Shown here: positions 27,497 through 41,486 of the stretch, piece by piece
Numbering within the stretch: position 1 is the first letter of the stretch
How the letters are laid out: every line of letters begins with the position of its first letter
NCBI GenBank assembly: GCA_951406725.2
Contig: OX597815.1
Span: 21,824,001 to 21,888,000, forward strand
Direction: 5' to 3'
Length of the DNA: 64,000 bases
Source of the DNA: Octopus vulgaris
Taxonomy: Eukaryota
Made by a program: the position numbers and the translations under genes
Notes under the pieces: model-generated
Databases searched by the model: none
Told to the model about the DNA's origin: nothing
What the model saw: the letters and a program-made list of their open reading frames with translations, nothing else

Positions 27497-28783
27497 ATAT
27501 TTCTTTACTGCCCAGAAAGGGCTAAACATAGAGGGGACAAACAAGGACAGACAAAGGGATTAAGTCGATTACATCGACCCCCAGTGCGTAACTGGTACTT
27601 TATTTATCAACCCCGAAAGGATGAAAGGCAAAGTCGACCTCGGCGGAATTTGAACTCAGAACGTAACGGCGGACGAAATACGCCGTTACGTTCTGAGTTC
27701 AAACGTAACGGCGTATTTGATAGCCTCTGCTTCTAAATGATCTCATGCCTGCATGAAATAGCAGCCAAATCTCCATTACGGAGCAAACTTACCATATTAG
27801 AAAAAGGACCGTTGGATAAAGTGGAACTGGGTTCCCTGCACATTGGAAAAGACGGGATGATAACGACTGTGAACTTCAAGATCTTTTGATGCAGTCAAGA
27901 TTTAGTATTCTAATGTATAGGTAAGAAAGATAATCATACGTACTCAAGTATTATGGTGCTAAATCGTTAGCAAGGATATCAAAATGATCGATGGATTTTC
28001 ATGATTTTCAAATTTTAGCACAAGGTCAGTTTTGGAGGAGGGGGTAAATCGATTTCATCGACCGCGGTGCTCAACTAATACTTATTTCATCGACCCTCAA
28101 AGGATGAAAGCAAAGTCAACCTCGGCAGAATTTGAACTCTAAACGTAAAGACAGACGAAATGGCGCTAAGCATTTTGCCTGGCGTGCTAATGATTCTGCA
28201 AGTTCGCTGCTCTAGAGAGAGAAAAAAAATATTGGTTTCAAATTTTGGGAGAAGACCACCATTTTCGGGAGAGAGGGCAAGTTGATCACATCATCCCTAG
28301 TACTCAACTGGTACTTATTTTATCGACCTCGGCGGCATTTTGAACTTAGAACTTAATGTCGGAAGGAATGTTGCTAAACATTTTGTCCGGCGCGGTAACG
28401 ATTCTGCCAGCACGTTGCCTTTTTTCACGATAGAATATAAAATGACAGAATGAGGGAATGAATGAAAGAATGGTTAATTACATGAAAAGAAAGAAAAGGG
28501 AAAAACACCACGAATACAAAATATCTGTATCGACCAATCCTTGATATATATAAATTTCTTTACTACCCACAAGGGGCTAAACACAGAGAGGACAAACAAA
28601 GACAGACAAATGGATTAAGTCGATTACATCGACCCCAGTGCGTAACTGGTACTTATTTAATCGACCCCGAAAGGATGAAAGGCAAAGTCGACCTCGGCGG
28701 AATTTGAACTCAGAACGTGGCGGCAGACGAAATACTGCTAAGCATTTCGCTTGGCGTGCTAACGTTTCTGCCAGCTCGCCGCC
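27497..28783 (-). mobile_element. Four minus-strand SINE family A copies (27497-27685, ~28005-28215, ~28235-28420, 28553-28783)
   Basis: aaggatgaaaggcaaagtcgacctcggcggaatttgaactcagaacg core, partly deleted in the third copy. Confidence 0.88.
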
Positions 28784-29269
28784 ATATATGTGTGTGTGTG
28801 CGTAGGTGTATAAGTATATATATATATATATATATAAATGTACAAGAAGAGAGAAAGAATGAGAGCAAGGGAGAGAGAGGAGGAAAGGAGAAGAGAGGGA
28901 GAGAGAGAGAGGGATATAGAGGAAGAGAGAGCTAGAGATGGAAATATGAGCGCGATACCTTGGACGGAAGGTGATGAAAATGCAGTCAGGGTGAAAGGCA
29001 GAACTATATTTAGAAAAGGGAGTTGGAAAACGAAACTGAAAGGAGGAAGAGGTGAATGGAGAAAGGGGGAAATATATATGAGGTGTGAATGACCGATACT
29101 AAAAAAATGGACAAATAGATAAACAGAGAAGATATTATTGACTGAGTGAGAGAGGGAGAGAAGTGGAGTCAGAGATACGGAAATGAAAACCAAAGAAAGA
29201 AAGAAAATAGAGAGGGAGAAATGAGGAGAGAGACTCTAAAGGGAGAACTAGTTTTAAAAGAGATTGATG

Positions 29270-29548
29270 GAGAAAAGAGAGTGAGAGAGTGGGAGAAAAG
29301 AGAGTGAGAGAGTGGGAGCAAAGAGAGTGAGAGAGTGAGAGAGTGAGAGAGTGTGAGAAAAGAGAGTGAGAGAGTTAGAGAGTGAGAGAGTGAGAGAGTG
29401 GGAGAAAAGAGAGTGAGAGAGTGAGAGAGTGGGAGAAAAGAAAGTGAGAGAGTGAGAGAGTGAGAGAGTGTGAGAAAAGAGAGTGAGAGAGTGAGAGAGG
29501 GAGAGAAAAGAGAGTGAGAGAGTGAGAGAGTGTGAGAAAAGAGAGTGG
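29270..29548 (+). repeat. Purine-rich minisatellite built from GAGAGTGA and GAGAAAAGA units
   Basis: Seen directly. Confidence 0.85.
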
Positions 29549-30100
29549 GTGTCGGATGATATACACATGATGATAGATAAAATGAGGAAGAGAGAGAGGG
29601 AGAGAAAGAAAGAATAAGTTTCAATAGTGGAAACAAAAATATAAATTTAATCGATATATTCTTTATGATATGCAAAAAAAAAAGACGACAAAAGGGGCGG
29701 AGAAAATAAATAAAACAACAAAAAAAAACATTTCTCGTCCAGATCCAATATACGATGATACATTTGGGGCAATTGTGACATGGGGGACTTGGGAAATTAA
29801 ATGTTAATCACGGGTAAAAGCTTACTGCTACACGTCATCAATGGATTTATATCTGTTTGATGAACTCATGAATAGGACCCGTGGGAATTATAGAACAAAT
29901 ATATAAAAGTTAAACAAGAATTGAGATGGCTAATTAGAAATATATCAAGAGGTCAATCTTACTGCATCTCTACTGACATTACTTTCCCATATTTCTAACG
30001 GTAATGATGATGGTGATGATGACGCTAACACTTGCCGATGATGTCGATAATGATAACTAGGTGGATGAAGACAATGATTATATTAATGACGACGACGACG

Positions 30101-30151
<51 letters not shown>

Positions 30152-30655
30152 GAGTGAGAGAGCAGTTCATGCCATCAAAGTGACACTGGGGCAAAATATA
30201 CGAAGCCCAATATACCCATCATGACTACCCGTCTGATAAGGGTACACCAGGCACATGCATCACAACCATATGTGCGCAACATGGTGATCTCATATCAAGA
30301 TAAACAGCACATGACCTTGCTGGTGGGGCCCAGTTAGAAATTTCTTCAGGTTGAGTAGCCCATCCCGCTCAAAAGGTCCCTGAATAAGGGTTGTTTAAGG
30401 ATGTTGAAAGAACCACCCATGTTTCCAGAGGTGAATTATTCAATCTCCAAAGAATCCCTCTCAACACATGGCTATGATGCTCCCCCACTACTTCCGCTCG
30501 TGATCAGAGATGCACATATCGTCAGCTACTAAGGGACATGCTCAACTGGTTAAGGTCAAACAACTGACAAGCAAATCTGTGGTATTGAGCAGAATATTTG
30601 CTGTAGCCCATCTTTTATACCAAGACAAAACAATGTACATGATAACACTTCCAAT
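30152..30655 (-). mobile_element. ~500-bp non-coding interspersed element flanked by (ATT)n; same family as 52127-53015
   Basis: Reverse complement of 52540-53015; ATT arrays at 30101-30151 and 30655-30741. Strand inferred from the (AAT)n tail. Confidence 0.85.
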
Positions 30656-30660
30656 TATTA

Positions 30661-30742
<82 letters not shown>

Positions 30743-30769
30743 GATGTTCTGCTGTTGCAGCTGATGATG

Positions 30770-31620
30770 ACGATGATACAGACTTTGTGGAGTTGACACC
30801 GAAGATATCACCCACATCTTCTTAAGCAGTTGTCCGAAAATGTCATCACGGTATTATCTACCGATGAGACATGGACGTTGTAGCTAGGACACTCTATAAT
30901 GAAATCCATCGGAATGATAATCCCGAGGACAAAGAAATAAAACCCCACAATATGGTAGAAGCCATAGCCACTCATAATGAAAAGGAATACTGGCGGAATG
31001 TACCAGACCTCAATAAAATGTAAGCACAACATACCTGATTATGATTTGGGATTGAGAAGAGAAACTGTACGCAGTTGTGGAAATTAGTTACCCAGTGGAT
31101 GCTAACATAAAGCTGGAGATCAGTGAAAAAGAGAACACCTATGCTGAACAATTATTGAGAAATCTACAGTTACTCTTTCCAGATTACAAGTTCAGGTTTA
31201 TACCTGTAATTATTGGGGCCCTGGGATATGTAAATGCTGCCTAAATACCGATCTTGAGAAACTAGGCTTCTGAAAACCAGAAAAGAGAAAGCTGATTCGA
31301 AGGCTACAGATCCAATCCATCACTGGAACTATAAAAAATCTGTAAAACTTTCCAGAAGCTTATCATTGAAATATATACGAGCATGTCTAGATATGTAACT
31401 ATATGCATGAGAATACACACATAAAACATGCATACATACATACATACATACATACATACATACATACATACATACATACATACATACATACATACGTACA
31501 CACAAAAATACCCTGTTATTGATGTTGAAATTTCAATGAAGGAACCTTGGATCTAGGTTAGAAACCGGTTCTCTCTCTATTGGCAAGAAATCTTGAAATA
31601 AACTGAATAATGACATAAAT
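30770..31620 (+). mobile_element. 3' end of an RLE-type non-LTR retrotransposon (R4/Dong-like), decayed, with 3' UTR
   Basis: RLCGVDTEDITHI..SCPKMSSRYYLPMRH (CCHC knuckle), KHNIPD, VVEISYPVD..EKENTY, FIPVIIGALG; frameshifts. Confidence 0.85.
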
Positions 31621-31904
31621 ACATACATACATACATACATACATACATACATGTGTATATATTGTTGTGGTTATATTTTGAAATGTATTTATATATATAT
31701 ATATATATATAAAGCCAAGGAGAATGAAACGTACAAAACATTTGATTAAACCTCTGTCGTGCTCAAGAAAACATTTATTATTCAAACTGAAACACTTTAA
31801 CCAAGCATCAAATTATCATAACCCAATATATGTTTTTTTTTTACTCGTGAGTGCAAGTAAAGAGAAATTCTATATAAAGCTTGATGAACTCTACACCTGA
31901 TAGT

Positions 31905-32010
31905 AAGATTGGGGTCTCAACTCCTGGACCGGGCGACGTGTTGTGTCCTTGAGCAAAACACTTCATTTCACGTTGATCCAGTTCACTCAGCAGACCAAAA
32001 TGAGTAATAC
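31905..32010 (+). mobile_element. SINE fragment related to 46200-46524
   Basis: gttgtgtccttgagcaaaacacttcatttcacgttgatccagttcactcagc. Confidence 0.75.
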
Positions 32011-32194
32011 TCTCTCTGTCAGTTTTTTTTTATCTCTCTCTTTCTCACTCGCTTCTCTTCCTTATTTATGAACCCACTTTTGTCTTTTCTCTTCTCTGTC
32101 GCAGCATCACTCTCATGCAAATCCACACATGGCTACCACGCACAACAAAACACATACACAAACATACATACGCTCATACCTATCACTATCAATA

Positions 32195-32335
<141 letters not shown>

Positions 32336-32336
32336 G

Positions 32337-32384
<48 letters not shown>

Positions 32385-32968
32385 TGAAGCTAGAATCACC
32401 CAGAATCGACAGTTGCTCTCCAGAGTATTTAAGCTGTCTTCTTTATATCAGAAAAAAAAAAAAAAACTGTCGACAAGATAACTTCACTATCTCCATCGAC
32501 CGTTTTGTCGCATTACTAAATCTAAAAAATCTTGTGATGGAAGGTTGCGGTAGCGAATGGGGGGAGTTTGTTGCTGTTGCTGTTGTTGTTGTTGTTATTG
32601 TCGTTGCTCTTGATGTAAACTGGTGGTGTCAATGAATGTGGGTGGTATGCTATAGAGACGATATATGATTAATAGAAGCAGTGGTGATGTTAGATAGGCG
32701 GTGTTGGCGGCAACGTATATATTTAATGACCCGTTACTGTCAACTGTCAAGTCTTTGATCGTCGTTTTCCTTCTTATGGCTTTTATTGTGAAATCGTAAA
32801 ATATATAACTGCGCGGGGGACACGTACATAAACACATACACGAATGTACATCTACACACCACACACATATGCGCGCACATGCATATTTTTATGTATGTTC
32901 GTCCTTATATAAGTGAGCTTGGGGGATGTCTTTTGCAGCAGTAATATACATGTATGTATGTATGTATG

Positions 32969-33002
<34 letters not shown>

Positions 33003-33266
33003 TGTATGTATGTATGTATGTATGTATGTATGTATGTATGTATGTGTGTATGTATGTAGTATGTATGCATGTATCTATGTATGTGTATGTATGTATGTAT
33101 GTGTATATGTGTATGTATGTATGTGTGTATGTATGTATGTATGTATGTATGTATCAACACACACATACATGCGCGCACGTATATTTGCGAAGTCACGTAT
33201 AATTATGTAAAATCCATGTGTAGGTGTGTGTGTGTGTGCATACATATATACACATACATATATGCA

Positions 33267-33428
<162 letters not shown>

Positions 33429-33572
33429 ATACATTCATACACACATTCATACATACACACACATATACTTATTTATACACACATACACAAACATATATGT
33501 ACCAATATGTACACATATGAAGTCCATTATGTTGGGAATGTACTTTTGAACATTTGCTTGTTTGTTTGTGTA

Positions 33573-33626
<54 letters not shown>

Positions 33627-34100
33627 CGTGTAAGTGTTAGCATGACCTTGTGCCCACCGTTGTATAAGAATTGGCGAGTTAAAAATCCGTTCAAATACAA
33701 AATTGTATTTGACGGCATACTAATTGATAGGAGTGATTCACTTCAGCCAGTCAGTGTAATATTTCTAGCAATATGCAGATGCATTTTCTTAATTGCTACA
33801 AGGGTACTCTTTTAATGATTCCTTTCATTGGATTGTGGTTATGCCGGCACCTATGTTTTCAAGAGTATTTCAGATAATATCAAGACTGGATTGTCAACGT
33901 TGGATAGATGAAAGACGAAGCAGGAGTGGTAGATGAAAATTTTAATAGATTTGAATACAAACATCTCCAAGGTACTTAAGTAGGCACGACATATGAGATC
34001 AGTGCGGTAATGCTGGTTTTGACTCCATCTAGAAGTTATGATCCTTTCCAAGAGATTAGCCAAAGTGTAGGTTGAATTTTCCTATATATACTTAGCTTTC

Positions 34101-34390
34101 AGAATGGTTGTATACTGGCAATCTAACGTGAACGTGACAGTAGGGGGTCACACCACCGTTGTTTAGCCCTAGGAAGCATCGACGCTTCCCTGTGTCCTTA
34201 TATTTTCCCTGTGTCCTTATATACATTTACGAAGGGAAGAGTGTTTGTCTCCCCTTCGTAAATGTATATAAGGACACAGGAAAAATGTGTCGAAGCCAGC
34301 AGGAAGCGTCGATGCTTCCTAGGGCTAAACAGCGATGGTGTAACCCCCTACTGTCACGTTCACGTTAGATTGACAGTATACAACCATTCT
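34101..34390. mobile_element. 290-bp near-perfect palindromic MITE-like element
   Basis: agaatggttgtatactggcaatctaacgtgaacgtgacagtagggg...ccctaggaagcatcgacgcttcc is mirrored at 34302-34390; inner hairpin tgtgtccttatatacatttacgaaggg / cccttcgtaaatgtatataaggacaca. Confidence 0.88.
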
Positions 34391-35216
34391 ATCGCCCCAC
34401 CACCGTACATATCTCTATCTCTATGAGAGATTTAGAAATTTAACATTTCTGACTTAGCTTTCGGTATCTCCGAAAGACTTCATGTTAAACTTCGACTCTT
34501 GTTTGTAACTTATCGTAGACAGAAATATTTAGTAAGCTCAACATAGTAGAGTATATGTTAACCCGATACTCCACTCCCTTCTCCAAAGAAAGAAATTAAG
34601 TAAATTCGTTATATTTACGAATGAGTACTCATGCTTAACGAAGCTTTTCTGAGTAGTGAAAGGAAGTAAGTACCAAACACAATGGTAATTTATTTTCTTA
34701 AACCAATTCTTTCCTATTTAGTCAGTCGATTGAGTTTTACGTTCAGGTTTTACGCTTGAAATATTTTTCATGGGTCAGCGCAAAAAATTTATTGTTATTG
34801 TAAATAAACATAAATATCTATGATTGATCTTGTTGATCAGAAGTTACGTCATTGATTTACGGAAAATAAAATTATTTCAAACATTTGTAACTTTACAAGA
34901 ATAAGTGATGACGTTGATGTGGTATCGAAATATATACGAGTATCAGCATCATAATGATAGATTCGGACGTGTCTCACAAACTTTCTTTTCTTCATCAGAG
35001 GCTGCCAGAAAGAAGGTTATTCTCCATATATTATACAATGGAGTTCACAACGAGTCAGAAGAACGAAAAAGGATTTGAGGAAATGTTGAGCTTGAAGAGT
35101 TAAATGACAATGTATTGCAAAAGGTTGATGCCAAATGATTGCATGTAGCATTTGATGTGGAATTTAGGTATTTACCAAGCTGGTAAATAGATGCCAGTTA
35201 GACTGACGAATTAATC

Positions 35217-35279
35217 TGGTGTTATAAACATTCCAAGTAGAGAAAAAAGAGAATAAAGTTCTGCAAAGTATATATGTAT

Positions 35280-35329
<50 letters not shown>

Positions 35330-35480
35330 ACACATATATATATGCATATATAGTAAATAGCTATTAATCTACTTATATAGGTATGTGTATGTATCTTCAT
35401 ATATGGTGTTATAAACATTCCAAGTAGAGAAAAAAGAGATTAAAGTTCTGCAAAGTATATATGTATGTACACACACACAT

Positions 35481-35551
<71 letters not shown>

Positions 35552-35674
35552 CACACAAATATATATATACACAGACACGCACACACACACATATATATGC
35601 ATATATAGTAAATAGCTATTAATCTACTTATATAGGTATATGTATGTATGTATGTATGTATATATCTTCATATA
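35217..35674 (+). repeat. Tandem duplication of a ~190-bp unit with independently changed microsatellites
   Basis: tggtgttataaacattccaagtagagaaaaaagag at 35217 and 35404; gtaaatagctattaatctacttatataggta occurs twice. Confidence 0.9.
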
Positions 35675-36442
35675 CTGGAAATTCATTCTTTTTTCTTATA
35701 TTTAAAATAGAGCAACAGATTAATTTGTCAGGTTAACTGACATCTTGTTTTGGACGCATCATTGGTCAGATAATATGTGTGTGTGTGTGTGTGTGTGTGC
35801 AACCCTTATAGAAAATGGAAAATATCTACCGACTTGAGCGTCATTAGTTTAAGGACAACGGTTTATACTGAATGCTTTTTTACGCCAGTAATGACACGTG
35901 TTCTATAAATAGACTTACCATCCAGGGTAGTATTCTTCATTCTTAATTCAGCCATGATAGAGAGAACCTATGATCAACATTATTCCTTGTTTCTTGATTC
36001 TTTTCTTTTTAGTTACCCTGCGTATCTACGAATATACCATCGGGTGTTGTGAGTTGATGAAGGTTCGATAGCTATTTATTAGTTTTTTTTTTTGCTTTTC
36101 TATACAGTGCTATGCTATTTATTATTCGCGCTGTCCCATTGGTTCTTTTAGAGATTCATGTGCCTTTGAGTCGGTCACACACCTCCGCTTGACAACGTGT
36201 GTTGTTTTTTTTTTACGTCCTTGTAATTTAGCGGTTTGGCAAAAGAGACTGACAGCAGAAGTACTATTTGTTTTTTAAAAAGTAACTAGTGGGGTTGATT
36301 CTTTCGTCTAAACCCTTTAAGGCTACACTCCAGTGAAGGAAACAAGTAAAAAAAAAAAGAAAGACAAAACGTTTTATATGTGTTCGTGTGCGTATATGTG
36401 TGTTGTGTGTGTGTTGTGTGTGTATGTATGCATGTATGTAGA

Positions 36443-36497
<55 letters not shown>

Positions 36498-37991
36498 ATA
36501 TATATATATATATATATTATTCAAAGGAATTCCAACTCTGTCTGTTTTTTATGTTTTATTTATATTCTTTACAATATTAATGTAGAATATAGAATATATA
36601 GTATAAATAATATATATAGTAAAATGAAATGAAATATTGATTGTCTTATTGAATTGATGAAATGTTGAATATCAAATATTAAGGGACTAGTTTACTTTCT
36701 TGCATTAAAGCAGTCTTCAAGGTCCCACACACACGATAATGTCTATCTGTGTTTGTGTGAGTGTGTATAGGTCTGCACCACTTTATATTCATGAGTCTGA
36801 GTTTATTTATACGCAAACTCTGCTACACTCGGTCTGATGTATTTTGTATGTGTCTATATAGATTCTGACTCGGAAAAAGATAAACGTATAAGCCGCATCA
36901 GCTTATTATAAATGACAGAAATTATTTATTTATTTATTTTATCTGTTGGTTACTTTCTTCAGTCAGTTCTACAAATTTCCATCCCGGCTGTTGATTGAAG
37001 ATGGCTAACCAAATCTGAAATATAAACGATAATTCTTCCCATTATAGATTCTGAAATTCCACAACAGGATATATCAATTATATACCAAATATTATAACCA
37101 AATATATATATTGCGCATCAGTTTTATATCAGGATACGATGATGATGTAAACCAATGCTATAACCACTGGCATCAACACAAACACCAACAAATCCGTTTT
37201 CCATTGTCTAAAATGCAAAACTGCACACTTACTCACACATATTCCCTCACATATTTTCACACACATCTACAAATTCGTACACACGCAGCTAAACACCATA
37301 CAGACACAGATTCTCATGCACACACAACCATTGCCTACATACACACCTTCATATCTACATATACATTTCCACATAGCATACCTTAAACTCAACTACACAC
37401 ATATTTAGGCGTATACACATAACAGATATACCTAGACATACGAACATACCTAGACACACACACATTCATTGCCGTATACATCCCTAGACAGACACATACA
37501 AAATATGTCCCAACTAGCAAGTAATTCTAATTAGCAACACACATATTCCTCAAGGGAATCAAAGTTCAACTCCAGCCTATAGTTGTGTATCATAATAGTT
37601 GTTGCTTCGACCTCTTTGATACTATTATTGTTGTATCTAGCAGGAGAATCTTGATGAGTCACCTACTGAAGTCTTCCATCATTGAACGGCCATCATGGAA
37701 AATCTTTGTGACAATTTCTCATTTCTTATGCAATGAACAGTAAGAATGTAATTTATTATAACCGTATTTTTATAACTCGTGTATGTGTCTGCGTGTTGTT
37801 ATGAGTGAAGGTGAATATGTATGCGTTGTGCATTGTATGTGATAATGCGTATGTATGAATGCGTATGCAAGTATACGTGTGCGTAGGTGTGCAATTGGTT
37901 TCTCTGCCATAGTCTCTATCAACCAACATATATGTATATATGTACGTATGACTATATTCACGTGTATGTATACGTACATATGTTGATATGA

Positions 37992-38070
<79 letters not shown>

Positions 38071-39282
38071 TGTGGATCTATATTTTTTTAATCTCTTTTT
38101 CTTTCTATATCTTAATTTTCTGTTTCGCATTTTCCCTTTCTTTATCTATATTAACCAGCTTCTCCTTCATCTCTTCCTTATTTCCAGTTATTACTCCACC
38201 TTCTCTCTGCCTTTTCGTCACAAGATGGATTTTTTTCTCCATTTCTTTTCTTTATTTCACTTATAAACCAATACAGCGTCGTGTGGGTGTGAATTTTTGC
38301 TCCATAACCCTATTTATAATTTTATATTTCGAACATAAGAATTTCCAACTAGAAGTATTGTGACTCATCTGTTCCACTAGTCATCAATCGTTTTCTGGAC
38401 TAGTGTGTAATCATCTAGCCCAGAGTCCAGATAACTAGATACACATTCACTAACACAGAAACACACAAAAGCGTACCCATTCACACATCGACAAGCTATA
38501 TACAAGAGCTTCGACTGAAAACTATAGCAATTTTCTTCCTCAATATAAAATACATTCTTGTTTTGCGCTGTCCATCACAGCTAATATCGAATAAAAATGA
38601 AAATGAATACACTAGTCCACCTCTAGGCTCAAACAATGCGATGAGCGCGCATTACTTATGATATATTTCCAGAAATATAGCTGGGTTCATCTTCTCCGTC
38701 GCTTTATAGTTATATCTATGATAATCTCGGTAGAGAGAATGGTGGTTCAATGGAACGTGTTCGGATACAGCTGCAATTTTTTTAGTTTTGCCGTATAGTA
38801 AAAGACAAAAATACAGTAAAGCTTATCTAATGTGCTGAAACTGTGTCGGTTGCAGGTATTTAATTGTATACCTCTATGTCACAGATCTATTAGAGTATGA
38901 TTCTTATAAAAAAAAAACAAAAATGAAATCTCACAAATATATATTGATCCTTCAGATTGGATAGAAGTTTGTTGTGGAAGGATGAGCATATGAAAACGAA
39001 CTTTATGCTATTACTGATACTTACTATATTGATATTCAGCTATACGTATCATATCACTAATATGATATTATAAGATCCATGGCATCAGTAATGTAATATA
39101 GGTATAATTGAAAATAGTTTCCACCATCAAACTGGAAAATTAGAAGTGTAGCGTCAGAAATTGGACACAAAAACCCCCTAGTTCCTTCAATTTATCATCC
39201 ATACACACACACAGCGGGGCGCCCACACAAACACATGTATGCATGTATGTATGTATGATTGTATGAGTGTGTGTGTGTGCGC

Positions 39283-39331
<49 letters not shown>

Positions 39332-39336
<5 letters not shown>

Positions 39337-39561
39337 TTAAATTAGAGATAAAACCACTATTAGGTAAATCAAACAATGAAAAACATAAGCCAATACATAA
39401 AATTAATTAATTTATATTATTTTAAATATATATCAAAAGTATTAAAAGTTTAATAAAAGATAAAGAGTAAAACACTACGATCGTTTCATGGCTGTACAAT
39501 CCGTAATAATTCGAGTTATGGTTACAGTCAATCTTCAGGTTAATTGAAATATTTATCTTAG

Positions 39562-39562
<1 letters not shown>
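39332..39562 (-). mobile_element. ~230-bp solo Penelope-type pLTR or mini-element inside (TA)n
   Basis: (TA)n on both sides; contains a canonical HHR core. Confidence 0.75.
39470..39545 (-). ncRNA. Hammerhead ribozyme motif with canonical core and palindromic stem III
   Basis: Minus: CTGAAGA-t-TGACTGTA...TACAGCCA-t-GAAAC-GATC-GTA. The ACGATCGT palindrome is typical of dimerising minimal HHRs of Penelope elements; stem I has only 2 bp. Confidence 0.75.
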
Positions 39563-39603
<41 letters not shown>

Positions 39604-39646
39604 GTTATTTGTAAGATGTACAGTGAGATTTGGAGCGGTTATTTCC

Positions 39647-39940
39647 ATATTTATTCTTAACATTTTTGGGCGGTTTATGACGCAAAATATGCTGCTTCTC
39701 GTAGAGTACATCATCGAAGAAACAAATCCAGCAGCTACATTTAGGTTCAAAGTTTCGGCTGCTTCTGGCTGACGAGACACAACTCATCGAAACACTGGCG
39801 TCACATAATGCTGTGTGACAATGAGCCGAGTGTGTTGAACACTCGAAAAAAAGGAAGAAGTTATTTTCCTATAATATATACTATAGTGCCCAGCATATTT
39901 TATGTTTGAACCCGCTTAAACGTGTTAAAAATAATTATGC
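39647..39940. mobile_element. Old MITE-like element with ~50-bp degenerate inverted repeats
   Basis: catatttattcttaacatttttgggcggtttatgacgcaaaatatgctg matches the reverse complement of cagcatattttatgtttgaacccgcttaaacgtgttaaaaataattatg. Confidence 0.6.
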
Positions 39941-39950
39941 ATATTATATA

Positions 39951-40347
39951 TCTTTATATATAAAAGTAAGGTTGTGTGCTGTCTGTCTCCTACGATTTAG
40001 ATTCTTAACTACTCCCACATTTTGCGGTGCAGTTTAACCAAAACCGGGTATCTTATAGTCGTGATTCATATCGAGCCCTTCTGGGTATTAGCGCGCGTCT
40101 ACGATGAGTCTACAATTAAAAAAAAAAAATTACCATCAATCTTTCCCATTTTTAAATCATTTTTGGCATATAAAGGGAAGTAACTCTTTAAAAATTTATT
40201 ATTAAATCTCAGAACGTAAAAAGCTACAGTAACCCCCCCCCCTTTGTGGTTAGTCATATTGAGATGGCTATTATACTTTACATCTCTAAAAATGCTTATA
40301 TAGTTATTTCCCTTACAAACCCGAGCAACGCCGGGCGATACTGCTAG
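39951..40347 (+). mobile_element. Non-autonomous Helitron
   Basis: A|TCTTTATATATAAAAG...CCCGAGCAACGCCGGG-cgatactg-CTAG|T. Confidence 0.92.
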
Positions 40348-40436
40348 TATTAATATAAAGATAGATAGACATATTTATCTGAAAAGACGAGTTTTGTAAT
40401 ATCTAAGTAAGCTGTAGGAAGAATGGAAATATTGAT

Positions 40437-40925
40437 ACATATTTCTTTACTACCCACAAGGGGCTAAACATAGAGGGGACAAACAAGGATAGACAAAGGT
40501 ATTAAGTCAATTCCATCGACCCCAGTGCATAACTGGTACTTAATTTATCGACCCCGAAAGGATGAAAGGCAAAGTCGACCTCGGCGGAATTTGAACTCAG
40601 AACGTAACGGCAGACGAAATACTGCTAAGCATTTCGCCCAGCCTGCTAACGATTCTGCCAGATCGCCGCCTTACTGGAGATATTAATACCTATTTCTTTA
40701 TTACCCACAAGGGGCTAAAAATAGAGGGGACAAACAAGGATAGACATAGGTATTAAGTCAATTACATCGATCACAGTGCATAACTGGTACTTAATTTATC
40801 GACCCCGAAAGGATGAAAGGCAAAGTCGACCTCGGCGGAATTTGAACTCAGAACGTAACGGCAGACGAAATACCGCTAAGCATTTCGCCCAGCCTGCTAA
40901 CGATTCTGCCAGATCGCCGCCTTAC
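40437..40925 (-). mobile_element. Tandemly duplicated SINE family A pair
   Basis: Both copies share private variants (cccagcctgctaac, gccagatcgccgcc) and the flank ttactggagatattaatac. Confidence 0.9.
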
Positions 40926-41098
40926 TGGAGATATTAATACCACTGTATCCCAATGGCTAGCTCTGCTTTTCCAGTGCAGGAAAATGTTTCAGCGTCCAAC
41001 AATTATTAACTTTTTAGAAACACTACAGGCCACTAAATCACAGTACTGTACTCGTATTCTAAATAGCAATATTCACCACTGCAATACATTACTGACTT

Positions 41099-41486
41099 TG
41101 TGGAGGCGCAATGGCCCAGTGGTTAGGGCAGCGGACTCGCGGTCATAGGATCGTGGTTTCGATTCCCAGACCGGGCGTTGTGAGTGTTTATTGAGCGAAA
41201 ACACCTAAAGCTCCACGAGGCTCCGGCAGGGGATGGTGGTGATCCCTGCTGTACTCTTTCACCACAACTTCCTCTCACTCTTACTTCCTGTTTCTGTTGT
41301 ACCTGTATTTCAAAGGGCCGGCCTTGTCACTCTCTGTGTCACGCTGAATATCCCCGAGAACTACGTTAAGGGTACACGTGTCTGTGGAGTGCTCAGCCAC
41401 CTACACGTAAATTTCACGAGCAGGCTGTTCCGTTGATTCGGATCAACCGGAACCCTCATCGTCGTAACCGACGGAGTGCTTCCCCC
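41099..41486 (+). mobile_element. SINE family C (tRNA-derived), full length
   Basis: A-box tggcccagtgg, B-box gtttcgattcc; TSD acattact(g/c)act at 41086-41097 and 41487-41498. Confidence 0.92.

Noticed and set aside
34445-34485. Hairpin ctttcgg/ccgaaag with GAAAG..GTC on minus
   Set aside because: No CUGANGA and stem III is unpaired
41101-41175. tRNA genes at SINE heads
   Set aside because: A and B boxes are present, but the sequence continues into a SINE body with TSDs and lacks a full cloverleaf
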